DNA of 64,000 nucleotides. Source: Rhabdochlamydiaceae bacterium. GTDB taxonomy: Bacteria > Chlamydiota > Chlamydiia > Chlamydiales > Rhabdochlamydiaceae. A model generated the notes under the pieces. The model searched no databases. It was not told where the DNA came from and saw only the letters and a list, made by a program, of their open reading frames with translations. Below, piece by piece: positions 56,357-64,000 of this stretch (positions are counted from its first letter, which is position 1; each line of letters begins with the position of its first letter). Position numbers and translations under genes: made by a program. The DNA lies in NCBI GenBank assembly GCA_035478995.1, contig DATIJE010000004.1:6218-70217 (forward strand). The letters run 5' to 3'.

Positions 56357-57684
56357 TCAGAAGCCATCTCGGAGGCTTGTAATTCGCGGGGAATTCGCTC
56401 GATCACTTCAATCTGGTCAAGTTGGGCAATGGATGGGGCTGCGCCTAGCTCTTCAAATTTTCGCGCAGTGACAAGGACCCGCGCTTCTAAAGAACCGACC
56501 GCTTTATTATAATGTTCGACAGCACTGGAAAGTGAACGTCCCATCTTCGTCCAATGGCCGGCCATATCCACGATCCTTTTATATAGATCCTGACCCAGTT
56601 CACTGATCTTTTCCACATGTCGCGTCAGGTTTTCTTGTTTCCACCCATAAGCGACAGTCCTCAATAAGGCGATCAATGTCGTGGGTGTGGCAAGAATGAC
56701 TCCCTGGTCGACGCCTATTTCAATGAGAGAAGGATCATGCTCCAGTGCAGCGCTGAAAAACGTATCAGAAGGAAGAAAAAGAACGACAAATTCTGGAGTA
56801 GGTTGAAATTGCTCCCAATAACTTTTCCTGCTGAGAGCCATTACGTGCGTGCGTACTTGTCGGGAATGATCTTTTAGCTTCAACTCTTTGATTGCATCGT
56901 CCGGAGATTGTATCGCTTCGAGGTACGCGTCCAAAGGAGCTTTAGCATCGACAACAACATGCCTGCCTCCAGGAAGATGAACGATCATGTCCGGTCTAAA
57001 ACCCACATCATCGACCACCTGATGCTGTTGTTCATAAAAATCGCAATGGTTCAACATGCCTGCCAATTCAACCACCCGCTTCAATTGGATCTCCCCCCAC
57101 CTGCCGCGAGTGATCGGCGCTCTAAGAGCTTTGACCAGGCTCCCTGTTTCTGTGCGAAGCTGTTTTTCTGTTTCTAGCAAAGAACCGATCTGTTGCCGCA
57201 AAGATTCATGATGTCCCTTATGCTCTTTTTCCATTTGGCGCATTCCATGGTCGAGCTTGCTCAACGACTCTTTAACGGGCGTGATCAATTCGGAAATGGA
57301 TTGCTGCCTTTTTTCCAGATCTCCTTTAGCTCCTTCCTGATACTTTGAAAAGGCGGCCTGCGCCAAATCCAAAAAAGACCGGTTATTTTTTTCAAGGGCA
57401 TCCGAAGAAAGCGCTTTGAATGTTTCAGTGAGCTTTTCATGTGCGGCCTGGATCAGCTGCAATTTTTCTTCTGCAGCAATTTGTTTGCCTAAAAGATGGA
57501 TGTTCTCAGCTTCTTTTTCTTTCAACGCATGTTCAAGATCTGGAACACGGCTATTTTTTTCCTCCAGGACCGCATTCCTGATACTGAGCTCCTTTTTTTT
57601 ACGAACTTCCCATAACCATGCGCAGAATGCCGCGATCATTAAAATGCAGAAAATGGGTGCAAGCAGATTGTTCGTTTCTAACAT
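56341..57684 (-). CDS. rmuC: DNA recombination protein RmuC
   Basis: N-terminal TM and coiled coil, then RGRWGEIQLKRVVELAGM..CDF, VVDAKAPL and VLFLPSD nuclease-fold motifs. Confidence 0.9.
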   Translation of the reverse strand: MLETNNLLAPIFCILMIAAFCAWLWEVRKKKELSIRNAVLEEKNSRVPDLEHALKEKEAENIHLLGKQIAAEEKLQLIQAAHEKLTETFKALSSDALEKNNRSFLDLAQAAFSKYQEGAKGDLEKRQQSISELITPVKESLSKLDHGMRQMEKEHKGHHESLRQQIGSLLETEKQLRTETGSLVKALRAPITRGRWGEIQLKRVVELAGMLNHCDFYEQQHQVVDDVGFRPDMIVHLPGGRHVVVDAKAPLDAYLEAIQSPDDAIKELKLKDHSRQVRTHVMALSRKSYWEQFQPTPEFVVLFLPSDTFFSAALEHDPSLIEIGVDQGVILATPTTLIALLRTVAYGWKQENLTRHVEKISELGQDLYKRIVDMAGHWTKMGRSLSSAVEHYNKAVGSLEARVLVTARKFEELGAAPSIAQLDQIEVIERIPRELQASEMASDQTPT

Positions 57685-57707
57685 TTGATATCCTTAGAGA
57701 CTGTTAT

Positions 57708-58541
57708 CTATTCGTCTTCTTGATCAGGCTCGAAATCTTCCAGAGTCTTGGATTTTTTACCGGCGATCAAACGGATGATCGAAAGGATCCATCCTAAAAT
57801 AATATAACCCCAAACGATGACCAGGAGAATGATTGGGAAAAAATACAAAATTCCATAGAGTACGATAATCGCCAGAATCACTGTAAAAAACACTAATTGA
57901 AAAGAGGGAACGCGAAAATGCAATGCTTTCATACTGGGAAACTTCCAACGGCTGACCATAAAATAGCCCAGAATAATCATCAAACAGATCAGTACGATAG
58001 CATGCACCTTTTCATTCATGGGCAGCATTTTTTCTCCAAAAGGAGAAGATAAAAAAAAGTTTGCGGCAACGGCAGCTAAAGCAGCGGCAGGAATAGGCAG
58101 TCCTGTGAAATGTTTTTTTTGGGAAGCGGCTGCATAGGCATTGCCTTTGACCTCTCCGGATTTCAAATTATAACGCACAAGCCGCAACACACCGCAGATC
58201 GAATAGAGCATGGAACCTAGAACTGCGAAAAAAGACAGCCAGGTGCCTTGTTCCAAGGAAAGGGTTTTCAACAGTAGAACAGATGGGGCCACTCCGAATG
58301 AAATCGCGTCGGCCAATGAATCGAAGATCAGACCGAACTCGCTTTCTGCGTGCATGAGCCTGGCCAAAGCACCATCGATGAAATCGGCGAACGCAGCGAC
58401 GAGAAGCAGTACTGCTGAGGCAAACAGAACTTGATAGTTGCCTGAACCAGGCTCGACCATATTGACTTTGAAGATGACGAATAGACCGCAAGCCAGGGCG
58501 AAAGCTGTGATGAGATTAGGAATTAAATAGACCTGTTTCAT
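57708..58541 (-). CDS. pssA: CDP-diacylglycerol--serine O-phosphatidyltransferase
   Basis: IPNLITAFAL ... DFIDGALARLMHAESEFGLIFDSLADAISFGVAP (CDP-alcohol motif). Polytopic membrane protein. Confidence 0.8.
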   Translation of the reverse strand: MKQVYLIPNLITAFALACGLFVIFKVNMVEPGSGNYQVLFASAVLLLVAAFADFIDGALARLMHAESEFGLIFDSLADAISFGVAPSVLLLKTLSLEQGTWLSFFAVLGSMLYSICGVLRLVRYNLKSGEVKGNAYAAASQKKHFTGLPIPAAALAAVAANFFLSSPFGEKMLPMNEKVHAIVLICLMIILGYFMVSRWKFPSMKALHFRVPSFQLVFFTVILAIIVLYGILYFFPIILLVIVWGYIILGWILSIIRLIAGKKSKTLEDFEPDQEDE

Positions 58542-58681
58542 TTACCCCTCATTTCTTATACTCTAACATAAAGAAAAATATCTAAGAAACGAGAAATAGG
58601 AATTCAGATCTGCATCTTAATTCCTTCATTATTTGAACGTTGGAAGGTATGTATATTTTTTTAAAAATTCATTTTCTTTTT

Positions 58682-58748
58682 TTGTAGACTTAAAGCTGTC
58701 GGCTACTATATATGGTGTGGATATAAGAAAAGCACTACTAGATGTAGT
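58682..58748 (+). promoter_or_regulatory. Candidate nrdAB promoter with two NrdR-box-like palindromes
   Basis: TTGTAG (58682-58687), 16 nt, TACTAT (58704-58709). Box 1 is CTACTATATATGGTGT (58703-58718), 13/16 to ACACTATATATAGTGT. Box 2 is CACTACTAGATGTAGT (58733-58748), with arms ACTAC/GTAGT. The centres are about 30 bp apart. Confidence 0.4.
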
Positions 58749-58836
58749 AAATTCCAAGTAGCAGCAACTGACTAAAACTTGGATACTTGCAGTTTTTTTT
58801 CTCATAAACAAAAAGCATATAACAGGGAGAAGACAC

Positions 58837-61800
58837 ATGACCAATACGCTGAACGACGCTCAAAAAAAGAACCCTGCTATGACAGATACCAATTTTACTG
58901 TAGTCAAGCGAGATGGATCCTTTGTTCCTTTCAGGAAAGAAAGGATTTACCGTGCCATAGAGGCGGCGTTCCGAGATACAAAGAAAGTTTTAAAAATCGA
59001 ACCTTTGCCTGAAGATCTTGCTGAAATCGTATTAGAAGTGACCGATCTTGTCGCTGCCCAGCTTATGATCCCGGCCTCAAAAGGGGCAAGCCTGACCGTG
59101 GAAGGGATACAGGACATGGTCGAAGTGACCTTGATGACACAAGGGCATCACGACGTCGCAAGAGATTACATCATTTATCGCGACCAGCACAAGGCCCTGC
59201 GCGAAGACTCTCCCCAAAGCCTTAGAATTATCCGTAAAGATGGGAACAGGGTACGCTTCAATCCTATGAAGATCGCCTCATCCATCGAAGGCGCGTTCCG
59301 TAGAACCCGACGCATTGAAGGGCCTTCTACTCAAGCAATCATCGAGGCCGTCAATCTTTTGACGCAGAACATTGTTGCCCGAGCAGTTGCTTTGTCCAAA
59401 GCGGGCCAATCGCTCCATGTTTCCCTGATCCAGGACGAGATCGAATGCCATCTCATGAGACAGGGTTTCTTCGATATCGCCAAGGATTTCATTCTCTATC
59501 GAGCCTCTCTTGGAGAACAGACTCTTTCGGAACAGGAAGAAAAAGCCCTCGCAGAAGAAAGGGCCCAAAGACAGTTCACCGTCGCGCTTGAAGATCAGAC
59601 GACACGGATCATTACGGAATCGCAGCTCCGCAGCAAACTTGCTTTCGCATGCAGAGGTTTGGAAGAGCTTGTCTCTGTCGAAGAGCTTTTAGAAAGCGCA
59701 ATTGCCAATTTTTATGAAGGAATGAAAGAAAGCGAAGTAGACCTTGCCAATCAATTCTCGTCCCGAGCGAAAATTGAAATTGAACCGGCTTACTCGAAAG
59801 TGGCATCCCGTCTTCTTTTAGACGTCATTTATCGAGAGACCATGCAAGTCAGTTCCTCAGATCCGACGCTTGAAGCGACCCATCACAAGTATTTCAAAAA
59901 TTACATGAAACAAGCCGTCGAGCTTCAGCGCGTGCATCCTTCTTTACTGGAATATGATCTGGATAAACTCGCCATGGCCATGGACCTGCAGCGGGACGAT
60001 CAATTTTCTTATCTGGGATTGCAGACTCTCTACGACCGTTATTTCATCCATGATCAGCAAAGACGTCTTGAAACCCCTCAGATTTTTTGGATGCGCGTCG
60101 CGATGGGCGTAGCTCTATGCGAAAAAGATCAAAAGAACGAACGAGCCATCGAATTTTATAACGTGCTGTCGAAATTTCTGTTTATCTCCGGGACTCCGAC
60201 CTTGTTCAATTCAGGGACCATGACCTCTCAACTCAGCTCATGCTATCTCTCCACGGTGATGGACGATCTGTCCAACATTTTTAAAGTCGTCTCTGACGAT
60301 GCCCAGCTCTCCAAATGGGCGGGAGGAATTGGAAATGATTGGACGAATGTGCGCGCTACGGGAGCCATGATCAAAGGCACCAATGGCAAAAGCCAAGGAG
60401 TCATTCCGTTCTTGAAAGTGGCAAACGACACTGCTGTAGCAGTCAATCAGTGTTTTGCGCCTGAAACCATGATCTATACAGCCGATGGAATCAAACCTAT
60501 TGCCGAGATCAACATAGGAGAGCTTGTTCTTGGAATCAAAGGAACATATCGCGAGGTCACGGACAAGTTTACATATAATCAACATGGTCCTATGGTCTCC
60601 CTGAAAGTCAAACATTCTATTTCTTCCATAGATGTAACGGCTGGCCACCCTTTTTATGCAATTTGCAGCGTGCCAATGGAACAATCGATAGATCGTACCC
60701 TGTCCTGGTTAAAGAAAGGAAAGATCAAGTGTGAATGGGTAGAAGCAGGTCAACTGAAACGAGGTGATTATATCGCCCAAGTGATTCCTAAAGAAGTCGT
60801 ACGAGTCGAGGATTTCGAGGAAGAGGATGCACGCCTTTACGGCATTCTTTTAGGCGATGGCCATCTTTCTAAAAATGCTTCTCAATGGGGAGTTTCAGGG
60901 AATCCGGAGTCTGACGAACATTTAGAATTCGTCCGCAGTTATTTAATAAAAAGAGGCATCCATTTTTGGGAAACTGGTCGAGGAGATCATTATGTGCAAA
61001 TCCACTGGGCTGCAGGAAAGGGTGCTGTACGCGATGCCACAACAGGACGGATTGTAGGAAGCGGAGAAAATACGCTGCCGTTTGAGCATGAAGATCTCTA
61101 TGATCAACAAGCCAGAAAGCATATTGCCCCCCGTTTCTCTCATTTACCACGTTCGCAGACATTGGCTTTGATACAAGGGCTTTTAGAAACGGATGGCAAT
61201 GTTTCCAGAAATAAAGAAATTTCATTCACGAATACCTCTCAATCTCTGATCGAAGGCCTTCGTTATCAACTGTTGCGCTTAGGCGTTCCGACAGCTGGTG
61301 CTTATCGGGTGCGCAAAAATGACCATGTAGGACACCGTTCCGATGGATCTTTTGCTTACTTCAATGGAGAAACATGTTGCTACGACCTGCGCATTCCTGC
61401 GGTTCCCGAACTCGCCGAACGGATTCAATGCAAACCTCTTACAAAATTCAATTGGCTCACTTTTAATGATCATCTCTTCACACGAGTCAAAAAAACGCAA
61501 TCTATCGATGCAACACCTCTTGTTTGCGATCTTCAAGTGGAAGGTGCTGAATCTTACATGACAACTGCTGGCCTTGCCCATAATGGTGGAAAACGGAAGG
61601 GAGCGATGTGCGCGTATTTGGAGACATGGCATCTCGATATCGAAGACTTCTTGGACCTGCGCAAGAACACAGGCGATGATAGACGGCGTACGCACGATAT
61701 GAATACGGCCAACTGGATCCCCGATTTGTTCATGAAACGGGTGCAGGCCAATGGAATGTGGACCTTGTTCAGTCCAAGCGATGTGCCTGACCTGCACGAT

Positions 61801-63180
61801 CTTTATGGCGCAGCCTTTGAAAAACGGTATCTCGAATACGAAAGAATGGTCGAGGAAGGGAAAATCAAACTTTTCAAAAAGATCGAGGCGGTCCAGCTCT
61901 GGCGCAAAATGCTCAGCATGCTCTTTGAGACAGGCCATCCATGGATCACTTTCAAAGATCCTTCCAATATACGCTCTCCTCAAGACCATGCCGGCGTGGT
62001 GCACAGCTCTAACCTATGCACCGAGATCTTGCTTAATACATCAATAGATGAAACGGCTGTATGCAACCTCGGTTCGATCAATCTTCCAGAGCATATGACA
62101 GAAAAAGGGATCGACGAGAAGAAACTCGCAGAGACGATCCGCACTGCAGTCCGCATGCTCGACAACGTGATCGATATCAACTTCTATCCCACACCCGAAG
62201 CTGAGCGCGCCAACTTGCGCCATCGGGCGATCGGTCTGGGACTCATGGGATTCCAAGACGCTCTTTACATTCAAAATATCAGCTACGCCAGCCATGAAGC
62301 GGTCAAATTCGCAGACAACAGTATGGAGCTCATCTCTTACTATGCGATTCTGTCCTCTAGCGAATTGGCAAAAGAAAGAGGCGCTTATTCTTCGTTTAAA
62401 GGCTCAAAGTGGGACCGGGGATTTTTGCCGATCGATACGCTCGATCTCCTCGAAGAAGAAAGAGGCGGGTATGTGGATGTCGATCGGAGCTCTATTCTCG
62501 ATTGGACTCTTGTTCGGGAATCGATCAAGAAATATGGGATGCGCAATTGCAACACCATGGCGATCGCGCCAACGGCCACAATTTCGAATATCACAGGAAT
62601 CACGCAATCGATCGAACCGATGTACAAACATCTGTTCGTAAAGTCGAATCTGTCCGGCGAGTTCACCATCACGAATACGTATCTGGTCGATCGTCTCAAA
62701 AAACTTGGACTATGGGATGCTGTCATGCTCGACGACCTGAAATACTTCGATGGTTCGATCTCGGAAATAGACCGGATTCCTCAAGAGCTCAAGCATTTGT
62801 TCCTGACCGCTTTTGAAATCGATCCCGAATGGATCATCGAATGCGCGAGCCGCAGACAAAAATGGATCGATATGGGGCAATCGCTCAATCTTTATCTCGC
62901 TGAACCAAGCGGTAAAAAATTGAATCAAATGTACTTCTTATCTTGGACCAAGGGGTTAAAGACCAACTATTACCTCCGTACTTTGGCTGCGACCCAAATT
63001 GAAAAATCGACCACAGATATCAATGCACGCGGACTGCAGCCTCGTTGGATGAAGCACAAATCCGCATCCAGCAACATCCTCATAGAAAGAGATGAAGAAC
63101 AGAAAGATGAAAAAGAAGACCGCCCCAAAAAAAATCCGATGAGCTGCTCTCTCGGAGAAGAATGTGAAAGCTGCCAATAA
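58837..63180 (+). CDS. nrdA: Ribonucleoside-diphosphate reductase alpha subunit with three N-terminal ATP-cones and one intein
   Basis: ATP-cones: [48 protein letters not shown], and a third degenerate one. Catalytic blocks: [20 protein letters not shown][intein][36 protein letters not shown] and the C-terminal CxxC tail ([11 protein letters not shown]). Confidence 0.95.
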   Translation: MTNTLNDAQKKNPAMTDTNFTVVKRDGSFVPFRKERIYRAIEAAFRDTKKVLKIEPLPEDLAEIVLEVTDLVAAQLMIPASKGASLTVEGIQDMVEVTLMTQGHHDVARDYIIYRDQHKALREDSPQSLRIIRKDGNRVRFNPMKIASSIEGAFRRTRRIEGPSTQAIIEAVNLLTQNIVARAVALSKAGQSLHVSLIQDEIECHLMRQGFFDIAKDFILYRASLGEQTLSEQEEKALAEERAQRQFTVALEDQTTRIITESQLRSKLAFACRGLEELVSVEELLESAIANFYEGMKESEVDLANQFSSRAKIEIEPAYSKVASRLLLDVIYRETMQVSSSDPTLEATHHKYFKNYMKQAVELQRVHPSLLEYDLDKLAMAMDLQRDDQFSYLGLQTLYDRYFIHDQQRRLETPQIFWMRVAMGVALCEKDQKNERAIEFYNVLSKFLFISGTPTLFNSGTMTSQLSSCYLSTVMDDLSNIFKVVSDDAQLSKWAGGIGNDWTNVRATGAMIKGTNGKSQGVIPFLKVANDTAVAVNQCFAPETMIYTADGIKPIAEINIGELVLGIKGTYREVTDKFTYNQHGPMVSLKVKHSISSIDVTAGHPFYAICSVPMEQSIDRTLSWLKKGKIKCEWVEAGQLKRGDYIAQVIPKEVVRVEDFEEEDARLYGILLGDGHLSKNASQWGVSGNPESDEHLEFVRSYLIKRGIHFWETGRGDHYVQIHWAAGKGAVRDATTGRIVGSGENTLPFEHEDLYDQQARKHIAPRFSHLPRSQTLALIQGLLETDGNVSRNKEISFTNTSQSLIEGLRYQLLRLGVPTAGAYRVRKNDHVGHRSDGSFAYFNGETCCYDLRIPAVPELAERIQCKPLTKFNWLTFNDHLFTRVKKTQSIDATPLVCDLQVEGAESYMTTAGLAHNGGKRKGAMCAYLETWHLDIEDFLDLRKNTGDDRRRTHDMNTANWIPDLFMKRVQANGMWTLFSPSDVPDLHDLYGAAFEKRYLEYERMVEEGKIKLFKKIEAVQLWRKMLSMLFETGHPWITFKDPSNIRSPQDHAGVVHSSNLCTEILLNTSIDETAVCNLGSINLPEHMTEKGIDEKKLAETIRTAVRMLDNVIDINFYPTPEAERANLRHRAIGLGLMGFQDALYIQNISYASHEAVKFADNSMELISYYAILSSSELAKERGAYSSFKGSKWDRGFLPIDTLDLLEEERGGYVDVDRSSILDWTLVRESIKKYGMRNCNTMAIAPTATISNITGITQSIEPMYKHLFVKSNLSGEFTITNTYLVDRLKKLGLWDAVMLDDLKYFDGSISEIDRIPQELKHLFLTAFEIDPEWIIECASRRQKWIDMGQSLNLYLAEPSGKKLNQMYFLSWTKGLKTNYYLRTLAATQIEKSTTDINARGLQPRWMKHKSASSNILIERDEEQKDEKEDRPKKNPMSCSLGEECESCQ
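60451..61584 (+). mobile_element. Intein (378 aa) with a LAGLIDADG homing-endonuclease domain, inserted in nrdA
   Basis: Block A is [13 protein letters not shown] (Cys1) and block B is VTAGHPFYA (TxxH). The LAGLIDADG motifs are [11 protein letters not shown] and [12 protein letters not shown]. Blocks F/G are [21 protein letters not shown] (terminal His-Asn). The flanks rejoin to the conserved AVNQ|GGKRKGA. Confidence 0.85.
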
Positions 63181-63204
63181 ATCTATAATTTTAGGGAATA
63201 TTTT

Positions 63205-64000
63205 ATGATTAGATTTGAAGAACAAGAAATCGAAGAGGCCTCTGCCGAAGAAAAAAATGAAAGAGGACCCGATACGAGCAAACGCGTCAATGTCGATGAA
63301 AAACGTTTGATCAATTGCAATGCAGTCGACGTGAACCAGCTCATGCCCCTAAAATACAAATGGGCTTGGGAACATTATCTCAATGGGTGCTCCAACCATT
63401 GGATGCCGACCGAAGTCCCGATGGGCAAAGATATCGAGCTCTGGAAGTCAGATGCGTTCAGCATAGATGAAAAAAGAGTGATCATGCGCAATCTTGGTTT
63501 TTTCAGCACTGCGGAAAGCCTGGTGGGCAACAATATCGTGCTCGCTATTTTCAAACACGTCACAAATCCTGAGGTGCGGCAATACCTTTTGCGCCAGGCT
63601 TTTGAAGAAGCGATCCACACCCATGCGTTTCTTTACATAGTGGAATCCCTTTCCCTCGATCAGGGCGAAGTCTTCAATATGTACAACGAGATCAACACGA
63701 TCAACACTAAAGATATGTTTGAAATGAAGCTCACAGAGGACATCCTGCGCCCCGGCTTCAATACTTCCACTCCACAAGGCGCGCAAAAATTTTTGGAAAA
63801 TCTGATCGGATTTTACATCATCATGGAAGGGATCTTCTTCTATAGCGGATTCGTCATGATCCTCTCCTTCCACCGTCAAAATAAAATGACGGGCATAGGC
63901 GAGCAGTTCCAATATATCCTTCGGGATGAGACCATCCATCTTAATTTCGGCATCGATCTCATCAATGGCATTAAAGAAGAAAACCCCCATCTATGGACGC
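63205..64000 (+). CDS. nrdB: Ribonucleoside-diphosphate reductase beta subunit, class Ic-like (partial; 3' end beyond the window)
   Basis: This ORF is not in the ORF track because there is no stop in the window. The ATG is at 63205. It reads [10 protein letters not shown]...[12 protein letters not shown]...[19 protein letters not shown]...[11 protein letters not shown]...[10 protein letters not shown]. Phe aligns with E. coli Tyr122 and Glu with Asp84, as in Chlamydia trachomatis R2. Confidence 0.9.
   Translation, partial: MIRFEEQEIEEASAEEKNERGPDTSKRVNVDEKRLINCNAVDVNQLMPLKYKWAWEHYLNGCSNHWMPTEVPMGKDIELWKSDAFSIDEKRVIMRNLGFFSTAESLVGNNIVLAIFKHVTNPEVRQYLLRQAFEEAIHTHAFLYIVESLSLDQGEVFNMYNEINTINTKDMFEMKLTEDILRPGFNTSTPQGAQKFLENLIGFYIIMEGIFFYSGFVMILSFHRQNKMTGIGEQFQYILRDETIHLNFGIDLINGIKEENPHLWT

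Noticed and set aside
59278-63990. Numerous antisense or alternative-frame ORFs inside nrdA and nrdB (for example 61279..62004(-), 60238..60684(-), 62409..62816(+) and 63448..63990(-))
   Set aside because: They are embedded in unambiguous RNR coding sequence. Such long shadow ORFs are expected in the somewhat GC-richer nrd genes.
1-64000. Search by eye for tRNA, rRNA, CRISPR arrays, IS elements, integrases and toxin-antitoxin pairs
   Set aside because: No intergenic region has tRNA-like GC-rich cloverleaf segments. There are no regularly spaced direct repeats and no transposase or integrase-like ORFs. The only mobile element I can support is the nrdA intein.

Overview
This is a low-GC (about 38-40% by eye), densely coding bacterial window. 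My inference is that it comes from an environmental Chlamydiae (Parachlamydiaceae-like amoeba symbiont). The reasons are: the pssA-nrdA-nrdB arrangement; an NrdA with three N-terminal ATP-cones; an NrdB with Phe at the radical-Tyr position and Glu at the first metal ligand (class Ic); an F-box protein; a Legionella-MOMP-like porin; and many eukaryote-like enzymes.

Housekeeping genes:
- csp, ogt, msrA and msrB
- a flavoprotein disulfide reductase with a TVP38/DedA partner
- two CDP-alcohol phosphatidyltransferases (one is pssA)
- PIN-PhoH2, comM/yifB, rmuC and nrdAB

Main points of interest:
1. A roughly 19 kb glycosylation/methylation island (27.6-46.6 kb). It holds about 19 Leloir-type glycosyltransferases, FkbM and other methyltransferases, and nucleotide-sugar enzymes (gmd, ugd, uxs). 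Almost every protein starts with a classic Sec-type signal peptide or anchor. The island is partly built from diverged paralogous modules.
2. A three-gene RiPP-like operon (25.6-27.7 kb): a Cys-rich secreted precursor with SC(A/K)G repeats, a DUF692/MNIO enzyme and a DUF2063 partner. This is bufferin-like.
3. A 378-aa LAGLIDADG intein inside nrdA, inserted in the conserved NQ/GGKRKG motif. Its +1 extein residue is Gly rather than Cys/Ser/Thr.
4. A GC-rich APH-like kinase gene truncated at the left edge, probably horizontally acquired.
5. Several secreted enzymes of normally cytosolic type: RelA/SpoT-like, NUDIX, histidine phosphatase, DUF1796, a G1 glutamic peptidase and periplasmic MsrA/MsrB.

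I recognised no rRNA, tRNA, CRISPR array, transposase or integrase. All family assignments come from motif recognition by eye and need profile searches (HMM/HHpred) to confirm.
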